Assembly: GCA_003344405.1 (NCBI GenBank)
Contig: NOWV01000147.1
Span: 62,001-126,000, forward strand
Source: Trichoplax sp. H2
Taxonomy: Eukaryota
DNA length: 64,000 nt
Direction: 5' to 3'
In this document: piece after piece, positions 26,366 through 40,400 of the stretch
Numbering within the stretch: position 1 is the stretch's first letter
Layout: every line of letters starts with the position of its first letter
Notes under the pieces: generated by a model
Seen by the model: the letters and a program-made list of their open reading frames with translations, nothing else
Databases searched by the model: none
What the model was told of the DNA's origin: nothing
Program-made: the position numbers and the translations under genes

Positions 26366-29300
26366 ATGGCTACATTCCCAACTTGCCCGATTTGCACCGA
26401 TGGAACAAGTTATAGAGATGAAGATCTGGCTGCTGGCCGCTGTATCCTATATTTCTAATATTATTTTAAATATGGCCTTATTTTGGAGATTAGAAATACA
26501 GCATCATGCGCCTATACGAGTACATTACCGTCAATAGTTATAATACTGTAGCATGATAGCACGCTCGCCTTTATACTGAATTGAAAATTGTACGCTAGTT
26601 GGATTAATAATAATAATAACATAGATATCTTACTGAAATCGCCTAAATGTGCATAGCTTATTCCCTTAAACTGAGCCAATTCATCGTCAAATTTTAATTT
26701 AGACTCGTAGATTCATTACTGTAAATAGTGCAATAACCAATGGCAAGGTATAGCCTGATTTAGAATACAATAGACATCACGAAAATGGCCTAAAATGTTG
26801 ATAAATTATTTTTTTAAACTTATAATCAATACGCAGTTATAACATGGTTACTTTTAAAAATTTGAATGACATGACGATATAAGATATGCTTCTTTCCCTT
26901 AACTTGTCGATTGCACTCTTTATGGAACGCTCGTGTATGCTGGATATTTCAAAGGTGGCCACGTCTTTCATTATTCTTGGTGAGTTGAATGTAGTTTTAA
27001 AATTCTCGTAACAAATCTTCATGCGCAATTTAGGCACTTCTTCCAATGTATAAAATGATGCAAAACATAAGTCAGGATTCGACTATCTATGACGTTGCCA
27101 AATTAAAACACACTCTATAGAACGATATACAGACAAATTAATAAGTTGTCCAATCGTGGGACTATAGAAAGCCGTAAATTACTCTCTAGTTTATGAACAA
27201 TAAAATATTGCAATTTTTAGTATTTTTTAAAATAATATCCGGAAAAGCATCTATAAATACTAACCGCAAACTTTATTTACGCCAAAATGTCCTTACAGTA
27301 AATTACAGTCAAGGCGATTTGTTTCAATATTCCCTAAGCCTTAAAACTTTTTCAATTTTTTGATAAAGTAAATAAAACAGCTTACTGATACTACTGGAAT
27401 GCTTACATCTGCTCTTCTGTAATATCAATTGTATTTACGGACAATATTCTATTTTGCTTAGCTTAGAAAAATGGGTTATACAATCAAAAACCTGCCCGAC
27501 GTGTCGTAATAGATGTACCAAAAGGGATATTATCAAACTTTTCTTCGACTGCAGTCGTAGTGATGATTGCAATACCAGTAATCACCTTACCGATGATCCA
27601 CAGCAATTAAGGGTATGAGTAAATGAATGTATAAAGTTTTGTAACAAACCTTGGATATCAGTGAGCTTATAATTTATTTCATCATCAATTAGATGCAACT
27701 GGATAAATACATAGCTATCTACGAGAAAAGAGGTAAATACCTACTGCAAATATAGGCAATCATTTAATTTTGACATAGCATCGTCGTTATAGTAAGCTGC
27801 AGTTGTTAGGTAACGGTGTTATTGCGCTACTTCATTGCTGTAAAATGTAGATAGCCAATATCAAAAAATCTTGAACGAAAACCAGGATTTAGAAGAAGAA
27901 TTATCAAATCTTAAAGATACATTGAAAACAACAAAATTAGCACTTAGAGATTACAAGAAAATTAACAAAGATTTAAAGGTAAAACTAATGGGACTATCCG
28001 TGTATACCATGTAGGATTATCATACAATTGCAAACTTGTGGTCAATTAGCTTGATAATAACCATAAAATATAAAATAATACATATATAAACAGGAGCAAC
28101 AAGAAGAGACGCTAAGAAAGCTTGACCAAGCAAGCTTTGTTGCCAGCCAGTCTAATATGTTGCATGAGAAACTACGTCGATTAGATGGGTAAGCCTTGCA
28201 TATTGCTCATAGATTCCGATTAACATAGTTAAAAACACTATCTTGGACTTTATCGCAATAGCTCCGACCTGAGCTTTTTTTGCCATCATATTTTAATCGG
28301 TTTGTATATTGATAGATTACGAAGTATTCTAGAATCAAATTCTGATGAAGTAGACAAAATGATTAAACACGTGGGGGAAGGTCCTGCTGCTATCGAGCAA
28401 CTATGCACTTATATTTCGTCCTTGAAAAAGTTAGAAGATGGTTGATTAAATGCTTATACATATTTTAGGAGCGTCAAAAATAGTGACAGATCAATTCTTT
28501 AACTTTGATTTTAATATCTAATTTCTACAATCATTTTCAGAGAATATGAAAAATTAAAAGAATCCAAGAAATTTATTAAGTCAGAAAAATACAACTTAGA
28601 GATAGAATTAAGAAAATATATTAAACTTGTAAGAATTCCTACCAGAATATACACATGTATTGATAAAACTTTGAAAACATCTCGTTGTCGTAGCAATAAT
28701 AATTACCTGTATTATTCATACGGTATAATAGTCAGAAAATGCAAAATCAGATTTAGAAGATATGAAGAAGCGTTTCACTGCCGCATCTCAAAAACTTGAA
28801 CAATATAAATTGGAAAATGGGGTATAAGAAGTTTTACTGTTATAATTTTGAAAAACATGCTCGTTTCTGATATAGTTTTGGCATTGCATTTATCTCTTAT
28901 GTGAAGGTGTTACAGAAGAAACTGAAAATTATTAACAATAAATTAAGAAATTTTAAGAAACAAGATATCTCATCTATGCAGAAAAAAATGCTAACTTTAC
29001 ATGAGTAATGACTAGAAACAACTATTCGGGATCGCATCGATAAGTGTTATATTTCTTTATGTTGATTCTATTTCTTATTGTTTAGCTCGCCGGTAGAAAT
29101 TGATTTCCTCGAGAATTCGGTCGATGACGAAGGAAGTTCGATATCTAGAACAAATGAATTAAGATCAGCCAATGAAACCTCTTCTAGTCTAAGAGCTATC
29201 GCGAACAAGTTAGTACTGCAGTAAGATTAAGTTGATTACTTGAGTTATGGCAACTCTATTGAAGGTATCTAAGTGGGTTTCCGTATGGTTTTGACAGAAA

Positions 29301-30052
29301 CGGATTACGCTTCGTCGATGCTGTTGATATGACTAGCGCAAGAACTAGAGTCGACATTAAAGTAATTTTTATTAAAGATTGCTTTGCTACTATAGCGTAT
29401 TTCCATTCGTAAATGTTTCCTTAATTTTTTATTCCAACGTCAAACTTTGCTGACATTGTCTCACGCTAGAAGAAGGAATACAAAGGTATTATATTCATTT
29501 TTAAGAAGTTATTATCCTTACTTTTAGTAAATGTATCTGCAAGATCATAATTGAAGATCAGAAATGAATAGTTTTAACGTATTTGTACATTTAAAAAATA
29601 GAAAACAAAACGAATTCAGCTGATCATTTTTCACATTTTGAAAAGAATGCAAAGATGTTAACACAAAAAAATGATGGCGTAAGTAAGCGATATTTATAAT
29701 TTTTTAGCCCCTTTACCTAATAGATTTTATATGCGTGTCTTAGGTTGTACGTTTTGGCTTTAACGGCTTAGGCGGACATAGTAAGGTTTTACATCTCGTA
29801 TCCGAAAATATTTTAGCTTAATGGTAATTGTAGACTAAAACTATATCAAACTGTGTTTCCATCTTATGCGGATAAATGGTTGCGTATGATTTTTTCTTAA
29901 CGGCAATATTTCAGCAAAAGCGAAGTGATAGCTTTCCTGGAGACTCAAGTAGATCAAATCTTAATAATTCATCTAAGAGATTAAAATTATCGAAGATTAC
30001 GAACTATACATTACCGCTGTCTTCGATGACTGAAGATGATATTATACTCTAA
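26366..30052 (+). CDS. TRAIP: E3 ubiquitin ligase TRAIP (RING + coiled coil)
   Basis: Exons 26366-26441, 26955-26979, 27462-27612 give the RING CPICTD...AAGRCGHVFHYSCLEKW...TCPTCR...IIKLFFD. Further exons 27693-27732, 27851-27978, 28094-28188, 28316-28429 (EVDKMIKHVGEGPAAIEQLCTYISSLK), 28541-28628, 28732-28821, 28907-29004, several small ones, 29744-29797 (GFNGLGGHSK, TRAIP C-terminal motif) and 29915-30052. Some exon ends at 29.1-29.7 kb are uncertain. Confidence 0.88.
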
Positions 30053-31250
30053 TCAGATTCCAGTGTTACTTGTTAAGTTATCGATATGAAGTTGTAAAGT
30101 ATACATAATATACTGCACTGTATGCGCTATAAATGTACATTAGTGTAGAAATTGCTGAACTAGGAGTAAAGTTGTAATTTGATATCTGCTAGCATTACTT
30201 TGGCATCAGCTAATGCTGCTTAACTTAAAACTGTAAATATTGTTGACTTGGTAAAAAACTTAATAATAATCTTTATACGTTTGCAGTAGAAGGTATATAC
30301 TGCTTGCTATTAAGAGTGTCTCAGTTATGGTAGTGACAGCCAAGTTGACACGTTCTTTTTAGAATTAATATATAAATCTTGAAGAATATGACAAAGACCG
30401 ATATCTATGATTTACCATTTAATTTTGAAATTTCAGTTGGTACTATTTTAATTAATGTTGCTAATCTCTTACAGATTGGGAAACAAATAGCGCAGATTTC
30501 TTGTTGTAAAAATGTGTGAAATTATACAACAGCTCATTACATCGAAGGATAAATGTACAGCACAACCGATTTTATCAGCAACTATAGTACTGTGATAACA
30601 ATTAAACAATTACAGACAAATTCTTGTCAAAGCTAAGTGACAAATAATTTTAGTACTTGTACTTACATTAGATCTAATGAATACTAACGAATGTCAGCAA
30701 AATTAATGTTGTAAATTAACATTGTACTATGCAATGCACAATAATTTCAACCAATAGATAGATTGATATTAAAACAATAAAACATAGTTGCCGCATTTGT
30801 ACAGTGCTATAAGGAATTTTTGTTGATCAATCATGCTTGTATCTATTTACCGATGGCATAGGATGAAAACATATAAAATTATAAAGAATAAAAGCTATTC
30901 TAACCTCGTAACATGATTGATGAATAGACACATCGACATTGTACATAGAATCATTACATAAAATCATTACTGCATGTAAGGATTATATTAATATTAACAG
31001 AAATGCAATAATTGCATCATAGGACATAAAATGGTACTTGATTAAACGGCGTCTAAGATACGTAAAAGTAAAAGCATTTACATAGTTTATAAATCAAATG
31101 TTGATAACTGATTTCAATATAAAGGATAATAGCAAAAATTTTTCTCGGCTATATACATATCAATCATTGTTAATCTACTATTTTACATGTACTCGTATTG
31201 TTGATTCAGTTGTATCAAAACTATATTGAGCTACACCTATTTCGACTGAA

Positions 31251-34200
31251 TCAATAGGAAACAATTCCATTGCCTTATAACGCCTTGATCACATCACAAA
31301 TTATTCTTATTATTTGCAATATACGTTTATTTACTCGTCTTCCCTTTCTTATGATTAAGATTTTGAAAGAACTCTTTAACTTTCGATTTAGGTCTGTCAT
31401 CTCCCAGTGGACTGCTATTAGTCTTACTTGGCGATACACGTCTCTTAGCTACAACAAGTTGCTGAGATAGTACAGGTGAACCGGCTTGCAACATGGCGAT
31501 CGCATCTTCTCGACTCACAATTTGTCGTACAGCAAATTGCTTCTTCTTGCTGTTCTCATAATCTAAATTATTAGGACGATCTGATATGGCTACGCCATAC
31601 TTATTCACGGTAGGATCAATTGCTGCTAAAACATTGGATGTTGTTTTTTGGGGTCCCTATGATATGTGAAATTTATTTAGTTAATACTATCAATTTGATC
31701 AAAATACGTACTGATTGAATTAATTGATTCACAATAGTATACGGATAGATGTGAAAGTACAGCCTATTGAAATTTATCATTACCTGAATATTGCGCGTTA
31801 CAATATTGTTAATGTCCTCCTATTGCAGCAGAAAAAATTGATAATCAATTTATAGCAGATTTAAGGTAATTATTAATTATATAAGGAAAGAACTAAGATT
31901 GAATAATAATATCGATAACATCAATAAAGTTATAAAGTGAAGTCAATTCAATAAATCCTTTACCGGTTCAACAATTTCATATTCATGTTCAAATTCATCG
32001 CTATTATTTATGGCCTTAGATGGTTGATTCCTTCCATTTGGAGTAGATGGATCATCTCTACTATAACCATTTACACCATTTGATTGTGCTTTTTCTTGCT
32101 TCGTAGCTTTGCCGTTAGGTAAATGAATGGAACGCTGAGCATGATGATCATTATTATGGGGAATAGGTGAACGAAAATCGTTTACGGTATTGCTAACAGG
32201 CATATTATGAGATGAATTTAAGGGAAATTCATGATTCTATAATAATATAATTAATAAACAAGATAATTGATACCATTATTCAAAAATATCTTTAGCATAG
32301 AGAAAATAAACCTGTTACTAATCACAAGAATAGAATCTACAACTAACCTGCCGATGCAGTTTAGATGCTGCCTTGCGATTCATATCCCATCGTTTACCTC
32401 CATCGCTATTACGAAAACGTGATGATAAGTCATATTCTCGGTTATTTTCTTCTGTTATAAATTGAGACCGTGGAATAAACTCATTCCTAAATTGCTTGGG
32501 TAAGTGAGTACGATTACTACTTTCAAAGCTATTATCTTGAGATTGAGAACTATCAGACTGCGCTTGTCTCCTAGGTCTATGCTTCATTGGATTCCAATCT
32601 ATATCACTCATGCCATGATGAATATCTCCGTCTTCGGAACCTTGAAAATCGCTATTAGAAGATCGATCGGAAGTTTGAAATTCCGGATATTCCTTACGAT
32701 ATCGATATTGTCTATTACTGTGATTATCATAATAGGATTGACCACCATCATGCCCATTATTGCCATTGTCATAATACATTCGCTGATTACCGTTACGACG
32801 ATGATTGCGATGCTGGCGGTGATCATCATTTCCACTGCTGTTGGCAGCAAATCCACCAGATACAGGCTGTGCGATAACATTTGATTGGCTTGGGCTATCA
32901 CTATATTGGCTACTACTAGAACTAGGCGATCTAAAAATAAGATATACCAAAAGATAAGTGTATATATGCCTTAAGGTATTAATACATAATAAATATTCAT
33001 TTATATTAGTAAGTAAAAGAGAATCTATTATATCAATATGGATGCAATAACAACCCCTAACTTTTTGTCTACCTTTTATCATGAGGATTAACATTGCCAT
33101 TATGGTTATACTTATTACTATTATTACTATTATTGCTGTGTGTTCTGCGATATTCATGCTCATGTCTTCTCCTAGCTAACTGAATTTCCTGCTTCCATAG
33201 CATACGGGCTAGTTCCTAATCATAATCACATAGCATTGTCAGAAAAATTATATACTATCATATGTCTTATTTCTTTTCAATAGAGATTGATTGTATGCAT
33301 AATGTACATATTCAAGTGAAATGGGTTATAGTACAGTAGTAAAATTAATCTAGATTTATTATTTGTCATCCAGCTATAGTAATAAGGAAGTTTATTCACT
33401 GTTTCAGAGAAAATCTAAATGGGTTTCCATGTAATATTTATTTTAAATGATGAGAAAGCATCACGACTGCTAGGTAAAGTGCGTAAACAGTTGAAAAAAT
33501 CGTTTTGAAACTAAATCATTATGGGTAAATTAATAGCAGGATACGGGGAAATTTTAAATATATATCACGTCTGATCACCTGATCTTGTAATTCCTGGGCC
33601 ATTCTATGATCGATAACGTCATCCTATTTGCAAAAATGAGATTTTTAATATATCGTTTTTGAACTTGAAGAAATAAACGTTACTTGGTAGATACAGGTTA
33701 AACCGTATTAAATAATGATATGAGATTGACTTCAATTATTGTTAAGATATTGTACTAATGTTGGTAACCGTTACAAATTAATGCCTTACTACTTCTACAT
33801 AAGTCCTAGTTAATAACAATATCGTGTCCTTATCGTAATAAATTTCGCTAAACCCCGTAAATAACTATCTTTAATTGGACAACGATTGCTAATGGCCAGT
33901 AATTAGTTCATGTATTAACTTTTAAAACTCAATCTAGTATACATAAATTCTCTTTTAATTTAAAGATAAACAACAAATTCATCCTAAGAAGATTATTGAA
34001 ACATAAAATCATAGTTTATGCTGTCGATAATTTGACAGCAGTTTTTACTTTGGAATTATAGTTATTGAAAATTATCGTTACCCGAATATGAGTTGGATTG
34101 TATTGACTATCAGGAGTCACATCATCCCTGCAGTACTTGTCGCTGTGTTATTATAAATAGAATTTAAAAAGATTAAAACATCATTTCTAAAAATATAGAA

Positions 34201-34465
34201 ACTCTTATTAAGAAATTATTTCTTAGCAATAACGTAATATTTTCGTCGAACACAAATTAGAGTAATGATTCACCTTATTCTAATTTTAAAATGTATTCTA
34301 TAATTATCTCTTTATATATATAGGCTGCTCAAAATAATAGCACTATGTAGCAAAAGAAAATTTACCTTCTGGGTGACGCTGACCGATATTCCTTTAAATG
34401 ATTTCCACCACGATTGTAGTACATTGATTTTTCTTGAGATTTATCAGAGCGTTTATGACCGCTAC
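31251..34465 (-). CDS. CCDC50-like protein with MIU-type ubiquitin-binding motif and long disordered region (5' end upstream, unresolved)
   Basis: Phase-compatible exons 34465-34366, 34142-34082, 33864-33790, 33623-33579, 33215-33073, 32930-32348, 32236-31964, 31819-31784, 31656-31335, 31273-31251. The spliced DHRMAQELQDQELARML resembles the D..AQ..QD.E.AR.L MIU segment of CCDC50. The rest is S/N/D/R-rich and low complexity. Confidence 0.6.
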
Positions 34466-37400
34466 CTAAGTATAATGAAATTGCAAAATGATTAGAAGTA
34501 CTTCTTTTTAGCGAGGAAACATTTGACGCACAGCATTAGTGGATATTAATAAGAAACAAATTAATTTAACAGTGTATCGAAATAACTTTAAATTCAGTCA
34601 TGATGCTTAAGCTATTGAGTCATATTTAGTCTAACCTACAAAAAAATTTGGATAGTATCGTGAAAAAGTGATAGTTAAATGCTTTCTTATTTCACGAAGG
34701 GGGATAGAAAATGATTGATGATCAAGTATAGTATCTGGTTAATTCCCTAAATGTCATGACTAATCACTCCTTTTCCTCCTTTCCAATCCCTAACTCTTTC
34801 CGATTAATGAATCTAAAGGCCTGAACGCTATTATATTGAGCGCGTTGTATTTTACGATCGATACTGTTATAACTTACTTGTTAAGGATCAATAGGCAGTT
34901 TAATAATCGATCTTGCTATTGGTATTATATTAGTATAGTACCATCCAAGCTACGGCCAACTAATTCAATTGATATTACGTAATTATTGCCCGCAAGGCTA
35001 GGGATCAAAGTTGTGTAAATGTGAAATAAGAGTCATGTCTTTGTCAATCTTCGATCAACGTGACAGGTCTAGATAGATATAATTAGTAGTTCCGAAGGAT
35101 TAAAAGATCTATTCATAAATGGATCAGTTGCTACTGTTATACATAGAACTCAATATTTAAATAATAAGTAATTTCAATCATAAAAATAACCAGATGGTGA
35201 AAAATGAAATCCTTGATATTGTTCATATTTGCAATACCATACGTAGGGTTAATTTAATTACTGAGAAACGCAATCGTCCAAGTGGTTTATTTATCTTATC
35301 ATTCTTCCTTCTAAGTTTATCAATATAGTATATCATTTTTTCCTTCTGAGACCATAGAGATTAATTAGAAATATTCTGCAAATGAAAGATTAAAACCTTT
35401 ACGGAAATTGGGATGCCCGAACAGAAATTTTCGCGCACTATAATGTCCTATTTGGATGTCTCCATGTATTATGCCAATCCCATACTATAGACCTATAGCT
35501 AGTTAATTGTTATATCCGATTGATGATCGCTACTGATGATAAAAACGATTTGTTCTATACTAATACAATACAGCGTTGCTTGAAAAGATCGATTAATTAT
35601 ATAATCGTTCGAATTAGATTGTTAGAATAATAGTGACAACGATGAGGTTGAATAATACTTGCATAAGTTATCTAGTCTTTAAGCAGATAAATTTCATCAT
35701 GATCGTAGCTCAGAAAAGCAAATCTGAAAATCGCGCATAGAAAATCTATTCTATGCTACAATTCAATGTCATAGTTGCATATTAAAGGGGGGAATCTCGC
35801 CTATCCTTTGAATGATTAACCAATAGGCTCTGAAGCTGCAGCGCAATCAACTAGTTGACTCGATGTTATCGTTGATGGAACAATAAAATTTTAAACGACT
35901 CGATAAATTCAAATTATAATTAAATGCCATTAATAGCGTTCCAATTATATTTAAATCCTAATCTTAAAGCTACATTCCAGCTAAAAAGTAGAAACAGAAT
36001 AATTGTTGCTTAAAAATATTCACACAGTACCTCTTGGGTTAAAAATCGGAGAAACTAATACAATATTCTAGATCAGAACCTCCCAAATGAAGAAAAGTTC
36101 AATTCTATTTCCACTTCCTCTTTCAAGTAGAACGCAGATGATATGATTCTAAAACACTACTCCTATACTTGTAACTATATATCCTACGTCTGGGGGAATT
36201 AAACTTTCTATAAAATCGATTCGCTAAATAGACTAAGCTATCAGTTATTTTCTTTTTAGTTTCTCATCAAAGAAAAAACTTAGACTTAATTTAAGCCTGA
36301 AGAAATATAAATGAAGCGATGCTAAAGGCAACACAGGGTGATACCCTCGAGGCTTGTGGACAAAACAATCACTTGAGTGAAAAAGTTATAATATCAATAA
36401 AACTATTTTTCGTTTCCGATGGATTAAATTGTATTCTAGATAAATTTGTTTTCATGTGGAAACGATCAGCTGTATCATATATTATGAAGATTAAAAAAGA
36501 ACAGTAAGATCGATAAACTAGTATATAGAATTAACGATGATAGATATGAATAGGATAAAGTTGTTGTTGATATCAATATACAAATCAACGGGCATTTTGA
36601 TTATTAGTATTGTATAAGAGAAGTAATAGTCACCATGGTGAAAACATGACTGATGTTCTCCTACTGAGTTGTGTTGAATCCAACAAGCCCACTATATTTT
36701 TGTCTTTATACTACCATGAACAAAGCAGAACAAAGTGATAAAAAAAACTTTCATTTCCTTGTAAGCTATCTTTTCTCGTGAGATGATGGAATATTTAATG
36801 ATTCAACTCATATTAAGGTGGAAGTTGATATCCTGATGCTAAGTATGTATATCGACTGTAAGCCTTACTTTGACTATTTTATGATACTTTATCGTCTATG
36901 ACTAACTAACTGTTTTGGCCCCTTATTATTTAGTAAAGATGAATACTTTAAATTTAGTTGAATGAATAAATTGAAATTAGAAGCTATCTGACAATATCGT
37001 TATAAAAATTTCTCAATCTTGTATTAATAGATTTGAGTCTAGACTTGGTCAATAAGCATTAGCACTATATTTTATGTAGGTTAATTTTAGTCAATTTTTC
37101 ATTATCTTGAGGATACTATTGCATGTTCTCGTATTTATATCGATTGTACCCCTATCTTCATCGCATTGAAAATAAGACTACCTGTCTAGACATTATCTAC
37201 CAGTGCACATTATTTTAATTTTTTCTAAATACTTAATTGGTAAATTTTATGTAGTTAAGACGATAAAGTCAGTATTAGACTGTCATCGATAAAAAATATA
37301 TCATAATCCATCATTGAGTAGCACCGTTGAACATAGTCACAAATAAACTGCCTATTTTTAGGATTAAAGGCATACCAAAATAACTTCTTCTTGAAGGTAA

Positions 37401-40400
37401 CTTTTTCTTTTGCAAATGGCTATCTACTTAGTATCCGTGTAGCAAAGCTAACTCCATGTGATAGGATAATAAAGGATAGCGTCAGGGCGCGATCAAACTA
37501 TACTCGGATGATTAAATTAATAGAAAGAAATAGAGAACTAATCATATGGTACAGTTTGGCGTGGATATGTATTTTTTAAGCAATTAAAATACCGTCACAA
37601 GCCCATTGCTATTGAGAATTTGCAAACATTGACTAAACGTTATACAACTTGGTCAGCTGTGGCATGGCAACATAATATTCAAACGCTTTCATGATCACCT
37701 TTTGTAACTTTGTCGGTAAGGTTGCAAATCAAATAGGAAGGAAATTATTAAATTTCTCTATTGTGACAGTATCACCCTTTCAAAGGTGCCAGCAAGGAGA
37801 GGGGTGTCAAGTAGAGATATCAAGATGGAGAATGATTCAGCTAAAACAAGGTGAATAACTTGAATTGATTTATATCATCGCATTGAAATCGACTTCTTGA
37901 ATAAGATAGTCTGATAGTTTGTAAGTGAGAGATAGATATTGGTTAAAATCAATGTGCTTTGTTCTATTTCTTAGTTAACTTCTTTATATATTTAATTATG
38001 AAGGCGGCACTTTACATTTGGTTTGCACTTAACTTTATGAATAAATAACTTTTGTTATGTAGCTAAATCTTTTTTAATTTCCTGCTAGGTTTTGCCGCTA
38101 CCTCACGTGGATAGCAAGACAACAACAAAAAATAGAGGTTTTGCTACTGAGACATAATAGCTAACACAAATTAGCTATCTGTTATTTAATGGTGTCCGAG
38201 ACTATGTCATAAAAATAAAAAGCATTGATAAATAATGGTAGCCCAATTCAATCCATAACATTGTAATCAATTACAATTATAGGTTCTAGATTACTAACAG
38301 CAATGTAGTAATTCGTCTTTACAGATATGATAGATAATTTCTTCACTTTCTATAGCTTAAAGCTTCTTATGGCAGCCTTCTATAAATTATATATGACATT
38401 AATTCGGTGTGCTACCATTAAAGTGACTAAAACTGCTCAGTTGCTAAACTCATTTTTAATCTAGGTTCATTTGTTATTAATATGATATTGGATTTCAAGA
38501 AGTGTTTAAAAATAGATGAAATTTAACGGACGAGTTCATTTCTATTGTAGCAGGAATGATTGCTTAAAAATGATAATCATCATGTGTTAACGCAACTTGT
38601 ACTATACCTATTTTAGATGAAGGTTGCGTAGCTGTCAAAGAATATAAAGTGCTTAAATTCACTTCCTGTAGCTAAGCCGCAAGCAAAAAAGGAAAATGAG
38701 CTTTTAATTTTAGGGAGATCATGAAATTGCTATAATCAGTTGTAAAGTAAAATGATTCATTAATCTCGATCGGCAACAATTTCATATCTCCCGGCTGGAT
38801 TTATTAAACAACAAGAAATGAATATGAGCATTTACTTATTTTATAAAAGTTATGGAGCTGAAAACTATGTAGCAATATTCTTAGCCAGAATATATTATAA
38901 TAAAATCGTCATTTTCGTAAAGCTCTAGCTACGCCATACTGATAATTTGTCCATTTATTATGTATAATTTCCATGTGTAAGCGAAAAACCTATTTAATTT
39001 TTTAAAAAGCCTAGAAAATAGCTTTAGGTAGCAACAATAGAGTTACTATTGTTGATTTCTTAGTCAGAATCGGTTAGACATACGCAATATTAATGCAAAT
39101 TATTCACTACTATTATGTATTGCTTTTAAACTGCTAACTTGAACTTGTAATTGTTCTATTTCCAAGTTAGTCCATCCAATTATAACTAGACTATAGAATT
39201 CAAGAGCAGTACGGAGTCCCTATAGCTATTTTTTCATTCTGATTTAAGGTTGCTTAATTTAAAGCCTCGCTAGGGCTATGCTAAATTGCGATAACTTCAA
39301 AAGAACTTTATGAAATGCCCATTTAGCCTGGGGCTTCCAACTGTCTGAATCTTAAAGCTAGCTAGGCCAATCTGACTAATAAATATAAGACAATTAATCA
39401 TCTTTTCTAAGAAAGTAGATAACATCTTGTAAATCGATGACTAATATATGTTTAGGTAATGCACGTGTAATGGACAATATGACTAACGATACATTCAAGA
39501 AATTGGGAAAAAACTCTTTCAACTACCTCTTTTCAATTTACGATTACCTTCATTTGCAATGATTGAATTGTATCGAACCCAATGAGAATATTCAACATCA
39601 ATCCTACTAACTAACAATTAGGATCGTATATTGAATGCTATCCAATCATTCTTATAGGATGGCTATCATAATTTGATGGTTAATGGGTTGGTCAAAGATT
39701 GATTATTAAAATGACTCTCAAACTGTCTCATTTTATGCCATTATACTATGCTAAGAATAAATACTCTCAATGAAAAGATGTCAATTACAATTAATCGTAG
39801 ACATTTCTAGACCTTATATACATATACATTTATTCTAAGTAGTATAACATTGACTGGAACGATTCTTCTCCATTTTTTGCTTATAAACTACTGCTTTCCA
39901 TTGATTCTATCATTCACCCAGCCAACTTACTTTTAGTAAACTCCCTATCACTCCTTCTAAGTTTCGAAATCTCTCAAGGATATTGCACAACCAACTTAAT
40001 AGTCTGCAATGAGTGCAGCAATTACTTTGTTTGAAAATGACGGCCATTATATAAGAACAAAGGACAGACAAAATGATAGAGATGACTAAGAATAAAGAGA
40101 GGTTAAAGAAATCTACTTAAACTACTACGTCATTATGAGCATCTAAGATGGAAGGAAAGAATAGCTTTGGATGGTTAGCTATAAATTTTTCATATTGTAC
40201 CTCAATCAATTACTTTTAATAGGAAAGAAATACTGCCGTTTTACATAAAAAAATCTCTACTACCGTCGTCATTCAAATTAGGTTATGGCCGTAAGATAGT
40301 CCATAGTAGCCAGTCTGTTTGGGTAATCAATGATACTGTACTGCAAACTGTCTGGAAACATCCAATATGACAAATGTGAATGAAAAATAAACGGTTATGT

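Noticed and set aside
32931-33163. Hydrophobic transmembrane-like N-terminus of the 281-aa ORF (MSMNIAEHTAIIVIIVISIT...)
   Set aside because: Splice phases indicate that exon 33215-33073 is read in another frame (ELARMLWKQE...NNSNNSNK) and 33072-32931 is an intron, so the TM segment is an off-frame reading of AAT/AGT repeats.
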